Part shown: piece after piece, positions 1 to 10,754 of the stretch
Layout of the letters: each line of letters begins with the position of its first letter
Position numbering within the stretch: the stretch's first letter is position 1
NCBI GenBank assembly: GCA_031285625.1
Contig: JAITVV010000028.1
Location: 1-27,087, forward strand
Length of the DNA: 27,087 nt
Direction of reading: 5' to 3'
Source: Prevotella sp.
Lineage (GTDB): Bacteria; Bacteroidota; Bacteroidia; Bacteroidales; Dysgonomonadaceae
The notes under the pieces: generated by a model
The model's input: only the letters and a program-made list of their open reading frames with translations
Told to the model about the DNA's origin: nothing
Database searches by the model: none
Made by a program: the position numbers and the translations under genes

Positions 1-81
1 CAATGTATACTAAATTTAATAATTTGACAAGAGTGAACTCCATTTTTTCGGCTGAAAATTTGGAGGTTAGCTATGTTTTAT

Positions 82-150
<69 letters not shown>

Positions 151-382
151 AGATCACATCTACACTATACTTTACATTCCTATAATAATTTTCATGGAGA
201 TTTTACATGCATACTTTTATATGCTAGTATTTTTACATGCTTACATACGCACATACGCACGATTGTAATTAATAAATTTCAAACAAACAAAATACTTTCA
301 ATTCTTTTCTATAAAAAATTGAAGAGCCACATATCAGAAGTATATTATCTAATATATTCTGATTTGTCATGCAAAATTCCAC

Positions 383-512
383 AAATTCAATGTCTTGAGA
401 AATATGGAGTGTTAAAAAAATACTGCTTGTTGTCTTTAGTATTTATCTTCGATCCATTGTCTTACTTACGGTTTGGGAAAATAGGAAGTGAGAACTTCGA
501 GACATTGAATTT
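383..512 (+). ncRNA. Candidate cis-regulatory structured RNA (three-stem junction), copy 1
   Basis: Closing stem AAATTCAATGTCTTGA (383-398) / TCGAGACATTGAATTT (497-512). Inner stems ATGGA/TCCAT, AAATACTG/TAGTATTT and TCTTACTT/AAGTGAGA. A homologous copy with compensatory changes lies at 2553-2680. Confidence 0.6.
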
Positions 513-573
513 TTATCAGACTTATAAATATCTATAAATATAATCACGAATGCTTAACTAAACTAGAGAAATT

Positions 574-2103
574 ATGAAGACAAAACTTACGGTTTTATTT
601 ATGAGCTGCACATTAATATTGCAAGGAATATCATCCCTTTCCGCTCAGGTAACAATTGGAACAAATGATCCACCTCAAAAATATTCAGTATTGGAAGTGG
701 TTTCCACAGCAACCAATCCCGGAGGATTACGACTGCCTCATGTAAGCGACACCGATAAGACTGCCCTGGAAGCGGACTTATTAGCTGATCCGAATAATAG
801 CAAAGGGTTATTAATCTACAGTACGAATAATGGACGCGTCGAATCATGGGATGGGACAAAATGGGTAGCTACTCAACAGCCATGGTTAGTTTCAGGAAGT
901 ACCACAGAGGCTACAACCAATACTCAGAATATATACCAGATGGGATCTGTAGCTATTGGGCATAATGGTGCAGTAGATCCTACTGCTATATTGAATGTAC
1001 AGTCTGCCAACAAGGGTGTATTACTTCCAAGAGTAGCATTAAAAAGCTCTACAGATGATGTAACAATCCCTACCCCTACCACCGGATTATTGGTATATAA
1101 TACAGGTGCTGAGTCAACTTTTACCACTGTGGGTTATATGTTTTGGGATGGTTCAGCATGGAAGTTATTTGCTAATTCTTCTTCAGAATCCGGATCTGCC
1201 AGACTGAACTGCGCGGGAGCAACTATGAGTCCTGCTCAGCAAATTGTAGGTGGAACAGATATTATAGCAGGTACTATACTACAGATACCATATACAGGTA
1301 GCAATGGCGGTAGCTTCAACGGTGCTACACTCACTTCCACCGGAAATCCTGACGTAACAGCGACAATTGCTGGAGGCATGCTATCAGCTGGTAATGGCGT
1401 ACTTAATTTTTCACTATCCGGTACTCCGACTACAAATCAACAGGCACCTAATGGCATTACTTTCGATCTCACAGATTTTCTTGATGCCAATACTGGCATT
1501 ACAGGTTGTGATGAGGTAGTAGTAGGTAATGTTTTAACCGCATCTATTGAATCTACAGCCGTGATGGGTTACTTAATGTATACAGTGGACAATACTGGCA
1601 ATGATGTGGGTACCGCAGGCTATACATTGCAATGTAATTCACCTGACGGTAAATTTTCGGCCAGAGTTCGTGTACCTGACAACCAATCTACAATTGTGTT
1701 AGGAAATCAATATATAAACATACAAATAAGGAATAACCAAAGTACTACACAAACCGTAATATGGAACTACAACACCATCTATAGCGGAGGAACTGTAGCC
1801 GGGGCAAATACTCTTACTATGCCTGCTCAGAGATGGGGTGGAAATAATAGTGATAGTGGCAGCACATGGTATAATGCTACTGCTGGCGCCACAGCCTATG
1901 GCGGCTATATGGGGAATTTAGGTATTTATGATGGTAGCGGACCTGAATATAGACGATATACATGGATTCCACTGGGAGCAGAGAATAAGGTATCTTATGA
2001 AATACATGTTATGGCAGCATTAGATACCACGACTCCGTCAACAGCAGTTTCTCCAACTAAACTAAAAGTTTATATTAAGTTCGACCAAGTAACAGCTCAG
2101 TAA
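574..2103 (+). CDS. Secreted hypothetical protein, putative fibre/adhesin-like surface protein (509 aa)
   Basis: Sec signal ending SA-Q. Two repeats of the module (V/A)IG...L.V.S..(G/K)G..LP.V...GLL.Y.T...WDG..W. Remainder is Thr/Gly/Asn-rich. Function inferred. Confidence 0.75.
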   Translation: MKTKLTVLFMSCTLILQGISSLSAQVTIGTNDPPQKYSVLEVVSTATNPGGLRLPHVSDTDKTALEADLLADPNNSKGLLIYSTNNGRVESWDGTKWVATQQPWLVSGSTTEATTNTQNIYQMGSVAIGHNGAVDPTAILNVQSANKGVLLPRVALKSSTDDVTIPTPTTGLLVYNTGAESTFTTVGYMFWDGSAWKLFANSSSESGSARLNCAGATMSPAQQIVGGTDIIAGTILQIPYTGSNGGSFNGATLTSTGNPDVTATIAGGMLSAGNGVLNFSLSGTPTTNQQAPNGITFDLTDFLDANTGITGCDEVVVGNVLTASIESTAVMGYLMYTVDNTGNDVGTAGYTLQCNSPDGKFSARVRVPDNQSTIVLGNQYINIQIRNNQSTTQTVIWNYNTIYSGGTVAGANTLTMPAQRWGGNNSDSGSTWYNATAGATAYGGYMGNLGIYDGSGPEYRRYTWIPLGAENKVSYEIHVMAALDTTTPSTAVSPTKLKVYIKFDQVTAQ

Positions 2104-2117
2104 AAATAAAAGAATAT

Positions 2118-2163
2118 ATATAAAAATAACGGATATCTCTAGGGATATCCGTTATTTTTATAT
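2118..2163. terminator. Intrinsic terminator (symmetrical, likely bidirectional)
   Basis: 20-bp perfect inverted repeat ATATAAAAATAACGGATATC / GATATCCGTTATTTTTATAT just after the stop at 2103. Confidence 0.85.
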
Positions 2164-2260
2164 GTCTATTTTATCACTAAGTTATTTGACATATAAATAT
2201 AGAGTCACTATTACACATAGCAAAATACATACTATTATGCATTATTTTTTACTAAAAGAC

Positions 2261-2289
2261 TTGTTTTTCTAAAAAAAGCATTACTTTTG
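2261..2289 (+). promoter_or_regulatory. Bacteroidetes primary-sigma promoter (-33 TTG, -7 TACTTTTG)
   Basis: TACTTTTG at 2282-2289 matches TAnnTTTG. TTG at 2261-2263 gives an 18-nt spacer. Implies a ~420-nt leader before the ATG at 2717. Confidence 0.6.
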
Positions 2290-2552
2290 CATCGTATCAA
2301 AGACAAGACAATAAGCGCAATGTACACCTTCACGAATAATTAAACATGAACGTACTCTATTTTCGTCTGAAAATCTAGAGACTGGCCTGTTTTATTACAG
2401 CTAGAGAGAGATTGAGAGAGAAGATATATCAGAGAGAAAAAAAGATCTATATTAGATAATAGATCGAAGAGAGAGATAAAGATATATTTAGAGTGAGAAC
2501 TAATCTATAAATACCCTTTACATTCTTATAATATTTTTACAATGAATTTTAT

Positions 2553-2680
2553 AAAATTCAATGCCTTAGAAAATATGGAGTAAAAAAATACTGCTTGTTG
2601 TCTTCAGTATGTGTATTCAATCCATTGTCTTACTTCGGTTTGGGAAAATAGAAAGTATGAATTTTGAGACATTGAATTTT
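2553..2680 (+). ncRNA. Candidate cis-regulatory structured RNA, copy 2
   Basis: Paralogue of 383-512. Closing stem 2553-2571 / 2662-2680. Inner stems ATGGA/TCCAT, ATACTG/CAGTAT and TACTT/AAGTA. Conserved loop sequences CTTGTTGTCT and CGGTTTGGGAAAATAG. Confidence 0.6.
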
Positions 2681-2716
2681 TTTCAAACTTTTTAAATACT
2701 ATAACTAAAAAAAATT

Positions 2717-3946
2717 ATGAAGACAAAACTTGCGATTCTATTATTGAGCTTCCTATTCATATTATCAGGAAACTCAAAACTCTTAGCCCAGGTAACAGTT
2801 GGAGATGATGAATCTCCGATTCAAGGCGCCCTACTCCAGCTGAAGGACAAATCAGATGTTACCGACGATAGTGATAATGCAACAAAGGGATTTGCTTATC
2901 CCCGAGTAAAATTAGAAGAAAGAGACCAGCTATACCCGATGTATAAAGGTAGTACAGAATATGCATCCGACAAGGTAGATATCGATAAACAACATACAGG
3001 TCTTACTGTATATAATACTTTCAAATCGGCGGATACTGAAACAAATGACAATCTCAAATTTCAAAAAGGACTTTATATCTGGACAGGTACCAGATGGGAA
3101 AGCGTTGGAGCCCCTCAGGTAGAGAACGGATTGAACATCGATAACCAAAGTGTTATTAGATTGGGAGGAACGCTTAATCAGGATACGGAAATAGATCAGG
3201 ATGGAAATACCCTGACTATTGCATCAGATCAAGATTTATTGTATATAACAGGATTGGCTGAAGGTAGCCAGAATGATTCCCGGGCCTTGGTTGTGGATAT
3301 AAATACCGGAAAGGTAGGTACTGCACCCTCTTTACCTGCGGTATTAACATTTGTACAATCTGAAACCATATACGACTTTAATTCAGGGAATAATGGGGTG
3401 GCCAAGAACCAAACGATGAGCACATCTTCATCTGCATTTAATACCAATCTTAATACCGGACAGAAAGTTGTTGTGCCATTTACGGATGACGACATTGTCA
3501 CAAACAACAAACTGACTTCCTTTAGCAACAGTGTATTTACCCTTTTGGAAGAAGGAAATGTGGAAATTAGCGGCTATATAAACTACAGTTGTGGAAATTC
3601 CGGAACTGAGGAAGTATTATTAAACCTGACATTACAGATCAGGAAAAATACAGGTACGCCTGAAGCGCCAGCCTATGCAAATGACTGGGAAGATTACAGT
3701 TCTGTACGTGCTGTATGGGTAGATGCACAACCTTATTATAGAAATACATTGATGGTTCCTCCTGCTATATATGACGGAAAAAAAGGGGATCAGATTCGCA
3801 TGGTTGTAGTAAGACCTTATGAAGTAGTAGGCACAACCGCTACTTTCCTTGGAGGACGACATGGAATAAACCAAAACTATGAGGTTTCATTTACAATCCC
3901 TTGGGGTACAAAATTCTCGAGAGGATTGAAAATTATTGCTCAATAA
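2717..3946 (+). CDS. Secreted hypothetical protein, paralogue family of 574-2103 (409 aa)
   Basis: Starts MKTKL and has a signal ending LA-Q-VTVG. Module GALLQLK...KGFAYPRVKL...GLTVYNT...GLYIWTGTRW. Ends in AQ like the upstream paralogue. Confidence 0.75.
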   Translation: MKTKLAILLLSFLFILSGNSKLLAQVTVGDDESPIQGALLQLKDKSDVTDDSDNATKGFAYPRVKLEERDQLYPMYKGSTEYASDKVDIDKQHTGLTVYNTFKSADTETNDNLKFQKGLYIWTGTRWESVGAPQVENGLNIDNQSVIRLGGTLNQDTEIDQDGNTLTIASDQDLLYITGLAEGSQNDSRALVVDINTGKVGTAPSLPAVLTFVQSETIYDFNSGNNGVAKNQTMSTSSSAFNTNLNTGQKVVVPFTDDDIVTNNKLTSFSNSVFTLLEEGNVEISGYINYSCGNSGTEEVLLNLTLQIRKNTGTPEAPAYANDWEDYSSVRAVWVDAQPYYRNTLMVPPAIYDGKKGDQIRMVVVRPYEVVGTTATFLGGRHGINQNYEVSFTIPWGTKFSRGLKIIAQ

Positions 3947-3967
3947 TATAGATATAGATCTAATTTG

Positions 3968-4000
3968 TAAAAGGGAATAAGAATGACTTATTCCCTTTTA
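3968..4000. terminator. Bidirectional intrinsic terminator between convergent genes
   Basis: TAAAAGGGAATAAG-aatga-CTTATTCCCTTTTA, 14-bp perfect stem. Confidence 0.85.
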
Positions 4001-4003
4001 TAT

Positions 4004-4777
4004 TTATTTCTTCACCGGATTTCTTTCATATTCTTTCAACTCATAAAAGAATATATTCTCTCCTTTCTCATTATATTCTGTATTCTCTCCTACCACTCGT
4101 ATAATAACGTATGGTCTGTCAGTTTTTTCTTTTGGCAATTCTGTTTGTATAATAAAGGCTCCCATACCGGGGTTATTCTCTCCAACATATTCCTGAATAG
4201 GCTGTACCGAATTAACCTTTACTTCCTTATCATCTATAAAAACTCTTACCTTAAAAAATTCCGGGCTTACAGATATACTGGCCTCTCTTTCAGCTTTCGC
4301 TTTATCCAGCAAGACTTCTTTTGAATAAGTTAGTAATTTACCTGTACTCATAGGGCGTGTATATATAAATAAGCCATTATAGCCACCCTCTACCTTGAAA
4401 GCATTAGTACCATAAAGTTCCAGACGATGGTAACGGGGATTGATCGTTAGGTCTCTATCGGCAATTACATTCCATGCCCAAAATTCAAGTCGTTTATCCT
4501 CATCAGGTACTTTATCCAAACGTGGATATTCTTTTATACGGAGGGCATACATAGCCATATACTTTCCTTTCTTCACTTTTAATGAATAATACCCATCCTT
4601 ATCTGAATGAGTTTCATAGGCTGCTGAAAAATCAGTGTAATCAAGTCCTACCCAACAGCTATCAATCGGATTACCATCATAATCTGTAACCCGTCCGGAA
4701 ATAGTCACTGTCTCTTGCGCTTCTATAGCAACAACACCTAGTACAAATAAAATCAGGAATAAGCTTACCTTTTTCAT
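4004..4777 (-). CDS. Secreted protein with N-terminal carboxypeptidase regulatory-like domain
   Basis: Signal peptide ending EA-Q, followed by TISGRVTDYDGNPI...SDKDGYYSL, typical of the fold. Confidence 0.75.
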   Translation of the reverse strand: MKKVSLFLILFVLGVVAIEAQETVTISGRVTDYDGNPIDSCWVGLDYTDFSAAYETHSDKDGYYSLKVKKGKYMAMYALRIKEYPRLDKVPDEDKRLEFWAWNVIADRDLTINPRYHRLELYGTNAFKVEGGYNGLFIYTRPMSTGKLLTYSKEVLLDKAKAEREASISVSPEFFKVRVFIDDKEVKVNSVQPIQEYVGENNPGMGAFIIQTELPKEKTDRPYVIIRVVGENTEYNEKGENIFFYELKEYERNPVKK

Positions 4778-4805
4778 ATAAAATAATTTAGTAATTTCTT
4801 TATAT

Positions 4806-4832
4806 GACGGAAAAAGAACACAAAAGGTTACA
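4806..4832 (-). promoter_or_regulatory. Putative ECF sigma promoter TGTAAC-N17-CGTC
   Basis: On the minus strand upstream of the 4777 start. The same motif and spacing recur at 10684-10710. Confidence 0.6.
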
Positions 4833-4844
4833 TGAAAAAAATAA

Positions 4845-4876
4845 AAAAGCGGACACCTGTTCAGATGTCCGCTTTT
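4845..4876 (-). terminator. groEL intrinsic terminator
   Basis: AAAAGCGGACA...TGTCCGCTTTT inverted repeat followed by a T-run on the minus strand. Confidence 0.85.
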
Positions 4877-4897
4877 GAAATATTATTGAGTAAATGA

Positions 4898-6541
<1,644 letters not shown>

Positions 6542-6559
6542 TTATTAAAAATGTTAGTA

Positions 6560-6829
6560 TTAAATAATTGCAAGAATATCCGATTGACGCATAATCAGGT
6601 AAACTTCACCATCCAGTTCAATTTCTGTTCCGGCATATTTGCCATAAAGAACCTGATCTTTAGGTTTTACTACCATTTCCTCATCTTTTGTTCCATTACC
6701 TACTGCAATAACTTCACCCTTAAGTGGTTTTTCTTTTGCTGTATCCGGAATAATGATACCTCCCACACTCTTTTCTTCGGCAGCTGCAGGCTTTACAAGC
6801 ACTCTGTCTGCTAATGGTTTAATACTCAT
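6560..6829 (-). CDS. groES: Co-chaperonin GroES
   Basis: [21 protein letters not shown] and KYAGTE; immediately upstream of groEL. Confidence 0.99.
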   Translation of the reverse strand: MSIKPLADRVLVKPAAAEEKSVGGIIIPDTAKEKPLKGEVIAVGNGTKDEEMVVKPKDQVLYGKYAGTEIELDGEVYLIMRQSDILAII

Positions 6830-6889
6830 GATTCTTAAATTTTAATAGTTATATATTAATTTATTTTTATGTATTTCTGTTTAGGGATA

Positions 6890-6906
6890 AGCGAAATCTG
6901 TGCCAA
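6890..6906 (-). promoter_or_regulatory. Putative sigma-54 (-24/-12) promoter of groES-groEL
   Basis: Minus strand reads TTGGCACAGATTTCGCT, i.e. GG-N10-GC with TGGCAC, about 60 nt upstream of groES. Confidence 0.6.
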
Positions 6907-7108
6907 ATTTTTATTCTGTCAAAACAGCAGAATAGTGACAAACATGTACTGACAAGTAGTCATTTTTGCATATGAGTCCACAATATCAGCAAACATGAAT
7001 AGTAACAAAAAGTGACAAAAGTTACAGTTTTTGCGCAAATTTACATTGTAACTTTCCTATGTGTATTATTGGGGAATACGTATTATTAGATAATTTTTTT
7101 CTATAAAA

Positions 7109-8122
7109 TCACTCTATAACAAAGACTATTGTTTTTTCAGTTGGAGCCCAATCATATACAAATTTTGCATGCGAAGTTGCATTCCTTACACACATATGCG
7201 AACGTGGAGTAGTTCCCAATGATGCACTATATTCTATCAGTGCTGTCCGCGGAGCATTTACAGGAATACCATGTATATAACCTCCATTACAAAAACGGTT
7301 GGCATAAGGGGCAAAACCGCCTGTCCGGGTTGTACCATCTACAAGGAAATACATTTTTGATTTTTTTTCCTGAATTACAAAGATTCCGAGTGGAGTTTCC
7401 TGTTGATATGGAGGCCGGTGTAACCCTGTGGTAGCTGGGTTCATACTTCTCACAATCCATTTTGAATCGACTTTTTCGAGTGTAACGATATTTTCATTAT
7501 TCCGATCTACAAAGATAGCTTTCTTAAATATAACCGAATCATGTATAGCCTTTACATATTTTTTAGGAACGAGCCATAACCCTTTGGAATCAATAGTTGC
7601 CACTTTATAAAAACTACCGACACTATCTTTCATTAGTTTGACCAATGCACCATCCCTGCCATATCTTTCTCCTGTTACCGAATCGTTAGGGAGAAATAGA
7701 GGAACAGACTGATACCGTTCGATACCTAAAGTATCCGCAACACGCTTATACTCATTTCTTACATATTTCTTTATTAAAGGCGCCTCCCCATTATTGTTCC
7801 TGTAATTTTGCAAAATACCCCATGCGAAAAATTCATGTTGAAAATTTTCTAACACAGCTAATCCTTTTTTTATTTTATCCCATTGAAATGAACGTGTTGT
7901 ATCCCGATAAGGATATGTATCATCGAGCGTGTATTTATCATATAAAAGTTCTTTCTCTATTACTATATCTTCGGGTTTTATACCAACCAAACTTCTTGCT
8001 TTTTCTATCAATACCGAATCTTTAGCTATCTGATCATAATATTTATCCTCCTTCGATTTTTCTGTGCAAGCTATAAAGCAAAATAAACTAAGGAAAAGAA
8101 ATATAGTTATGCCTATTCTCAT
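7109..8122 (-). CDS. L,D-transpeptidase (YkuD-family) lipoprotein
   Basis: Lipobox FIAC, TPLG motif, and YIHG...SHMCVRN catalytic His/Cys motif at the C-terminus. Confidence 0.88.
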   Translation of the reverse strand: MRIGITIFLFLSLFCFIACTEKSKEDKYYDQIAKDSVLIEKARSLVGIKPEDIVIEKELLYDKYTLDDTYPYRDTTRSFQWDKIKKGLAVLENFQHEFFAWGILQNYRNNNGEAPLIKKYVRNEYKRVADTLGIERYQSVPLFLPNDSVTGERYGRDGALVKLMKDSVGSFYKVATIDSKGLWLVPKKYVKAIHDSVIFKKAIFVDRNNENIVTLEKVDSKWIVRSMNPATTGLHRPPYQQETPLGIFVIQEKKSKMYFLVDGTTRTGGFAPYANRFCNGGYIHGIPVNAPRTALIEYSASLGTTPRSHMCVRNATSHAKFVYDWAPTEKTIVFVIE

Positions 8123-8272
8123 GAAATGTTATTATTCATTTATTATGTTTGTGACTATCTACAATAATAGTATTGTGTACAATACAAACAATAAAGATAC
8201 ATAATTGTTTTATAAATAATTTATGTAGCTAACTAATAATTGGTTATCCAGCTAAGACTGGAAATTAATAGA

Positions 8273-8302
8273 AAAGCCCGTTTCCAAATTGAGACAGGCT
8301 TT
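8273..8302 (-). terminator. Probable intrinsic terminator of the 8331-10652 gene
   Basis: Imperfect inverted repeat AAAGCCCGTTTC / GAGACAGGCTTT just past the stop codon. Confidence 0.5.
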
Positions 8303-8330
8303 CATTTACAATATAACGATCAACTGGATT

Positions 8331-10652
8331 TTATTTTTTTGCTCCCGACATTATGCCGGCATCAGTATCTGCATTATTGATACGTCTGCCGTTTCCGTTA
8401 AACTGCCGGCCAAAATTGATATTGAAAGAAAACTTAACAAATAACAAAGGTGTGAGATCATAACCTGTCAGTTGTGATTTACTGGAGTACAGATTCGACC
8501 ATGATTCGTTTCTGGTTTTATAATCTGTTCCTAATGGATTCATCGCCCCCACCATTACAGAATAACTGGGCTTATTATATCCGACAGATGCCATATGGAG
8601 TGCCTCTCCCTGATACATAGACTCTCCATAAAACCAATTATTTGCCGTGGTTGCCCAAAAGTTCATAATCCAGTTTTTGTACATAACATCTATATTGATG
8701 CGCATATAAGGATTGGTATAATTATGCTTATAGTTATTACCGTAGCTTCTGTAATAATTAATACCCGGCGTAATACCAATTGTCAGATGATCTTTTAGCG
8801 GACGTATTTTGAAGGTAGATTCTACATTTAACCGTTGATAGCTTTTTTGATTTTCCGGCATCTTAATAAACTTGCCATTCTCCAGGAAGATACTCTCCAT
8901 TACAGGTTTACGTAAATATTTATATCCAGCATTAAGATCTACACCCAGAATCCCTTTGTTGTACCCAAAAGTTAAGTTTGCTCCGTAGTCGAGATACGAT
9001 TTCAGATTAGGGTTTCCTCTACGTATCTGCAATGAATCAACAGCCTGCTCTACATTATTAAGATCTCCCAATGAAGGATTACCACCCCAGATATATGCGC
9101 GCGCCCTTACGAAAGTAAAATCGTTGATATTATAAGCTGTGCTAAAACTAGGACGGAACGTATATTTATCTTGTTGCTCATCACCCTGACGATAGTAAGT
9201 GCGCATAACTCCAATATTAGCTGTATAACTAAATTTACCTCTTTTCCAAAGATATTCGGCATAACTATAAATCTCGGATGTATTCATACCTACATTGGCT
9301 GTTGTGTTCCCCGAATAGATGTTATGTGTATAACTTTGACTATATTTCAACCCTCCGGTTAATTTGCTTTTATCAAAATTTTTCTCATATATACCTTCAG
9401 TTATAAGTGAATACCTGTCACCTGATATTTTAGAAAGAATATCCGTTACGGGTATATTTTCCCTGTGCTCCTGATATAGCCTGCTGCTCGAAGAAGTTAT
9501 ATAAGTCCCTACCACATTGAATATCAATAACTGGTTATTTTTTAAGTTTTTCTGAAAGTATAAATCCAGTGCCGGAATATTATTCTTTAAGCTTTGGTGA
9601 TCGTATATATTCAATGGAATAGGATTATCCGATGTAACAAGCGTACTTTTACGGTCGGTATATGCATTGGGCTCTTCGTTGAAATTATACCTGAACCTGG
9701 CATTAAAGTAATAATTATCTTTATCAAGAAGACTATAGTTTATTGTCGTATTAATAACATTCTGCTTGAATTTTGTAGGCAATCCATCTTCAACCCTTTC
9801 CAACTCTTTATCTGAAAATCTGAATGTTTCATCATTTTTTCGTGTCCAGTCAAAATTACGGTTACTTGCATATATATTAGTTGAAAATTCTGATTTTCGG
9901 TGATTAAATTTTGCTGATAAAAAATTATCACTAAAAACGGATTTTGCTATTACATTCATCCCATTCCCATTTATATTACCACCCGATTCCCGACGCCTTA
10001 CAATATAGTCAAGTACAGCTTCAGCATTTCCGTAGCGGGCACCCGGCTGGTCATGATATTCGATACGTATAATGTCTTCGGGGCGTAAGGCTACTATTTC
10101 GCTGTTTGTAACTTCTACTCCGTTAATTCTCAGTTGCAATTCTCCATTTCCGGCTAATGCAACCTTATTATTTATAAAGTCGTATGTAAGACGGGGCAGT
10201 TGCATTTTCTGTAATAACTCTATACCATTAGCAGAAGCTTTTATTTGCGCATCGGTAGGCATTATTAGTTTCCTATCCAATTTGTTGATTATAGAATGTC
10301 CTGTAACTGTAACGTCCTGTAAAGCAATTGAGGAGGGATCAAGATAAATATCACCAATATCCAAGTCATCTTTATCTTTCCGAATAGGGATAAGTGTACT
10401 CTCGTACCCTATAAATGTGACAGAGATCAGATAATCACCTTGTTCTATGTTTATAAATGTAAATTTACCATCTACATCAGAATTTACACCTTTGATTAAA
10501 GAGGAGTCACTAGCCATTAATGTAATATTGGCATACTCGATAGGCTTAGAATCTCCTTTATCTATGATCTTGCCTGAAATAATAGGCTGTTGTGCTATAA
10601 TACAATTCGATAATACTAAAAAAAGTGTGAGTGCGAAGATTTTTATTTTCAT
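8331..10652 (-). CDS. Outer-membrane beta-barrel protein (TonB-dependent-receptor-like) with N-terminal carboxypeptidase regulatory-like domain
   Basis: Signal peptide, ISGKIID...PIEYANITL...DGKF domain, plug-like LRPEDIIRIEY segment, GNPNLK motif and amphipathic beta strands; 773 aa. Confidence 0.8.
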   Translation of the reverse strand: MKIKIFALTLFLVLSNCIIAQQPIISGKIIDKGDSKPIEYANITLMASDSSLIKGVNSDVDGKFTFINIEQGDYLISVTFIGYESTLIPIRKDKDDLDIGDIYLDPSSIALQDVTVTGHSIINKLDRKLIMPTDAQIKASANGIELLQKMQLPRLTYDFINNKVALAGNGELQLRINGVEVTNSEIVALRPEDIIRIEYHDQPGARYGNAEAVLDYIVRRRESGGNINGNGMNVIAKSVFSDNFLSAKFNHRKSEFSTNIYASNRNFDWTRKNDETFRFSDKELERVEDGLPTKFKQNVINTTINYSLLDKDNYYFNARFRYNFNEEPNAYTDRKSTLVTSDNPIPLNIYDHQSLKNNIPALDLYFQKNLKNNQLLIFNVVGTYITSSSSRLYQEHRENIPVTDILSKISGDRYSLITEGIYEKNFDKSKLTGGLKYSQSYTHNIYSGNTTANVGMNTSEIYSYAEYLWKRGKFSYTANIGVMRTYYRQGDEQQDKYTFRPSFSTAYNINDFTFVRARAYIWGGNPSLGDLNNVEQAVDSLQIRRGNPNLKSYLDYGANLTFGYNKGILGVDLNAGYKYLRKPVMESIFLENGKFIKMPENQKSYQRLNVESTFKIRPLKDHLTIGITPGINYYRSYGNNYKHNYTNPYMRINIDVMYKNWIMNFWATTANNWFYGESMYQGEALHMASVGYNKPSYSVMVGAMNPLGTDYKTRNESWSNLYSSKSQLTGYDLTPLLFVKFSFNINFGRQFNGNGRRINNADTDAGIMSGAKK

Positions 10653-10683
10653 AGTTTATTTCTATAGGTTATTATAGAAATAA

Positions 10684-10710
10684 GACGAGAATAGTCGGAT
10701 TTTAGTTACA
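10684..10710 (-). promoter_or_regulatory. Putative ECF sigma promoter TGTAAC-N17-CGTC
   Basis: Same motif and spacing as 4806-4832, about 30 nt upstream of the ATG. Confidence 0.6.
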
Positions 10711-10754
10711 AAGAAAATTCATAAAATTTCTACTATACTGAATATCAGTCTCTA

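Noticed and set aside
465-490. Cobalamin riboswitch, suggested by GGGAA
   Set aside because: B12-box and other core motifs are not recognisable.
383-512. Invertible promoter (phase-variable DNA inversion)
   Set aside because: Arms are imperfect with G.U-type differences, no TAnnTTTG was seen inside, and no recombinase is nearby.
319-537. 72-aa ORF
   Set aside because: TTG start, overlaps the structured element, and the frame is not preserved in copy 2.
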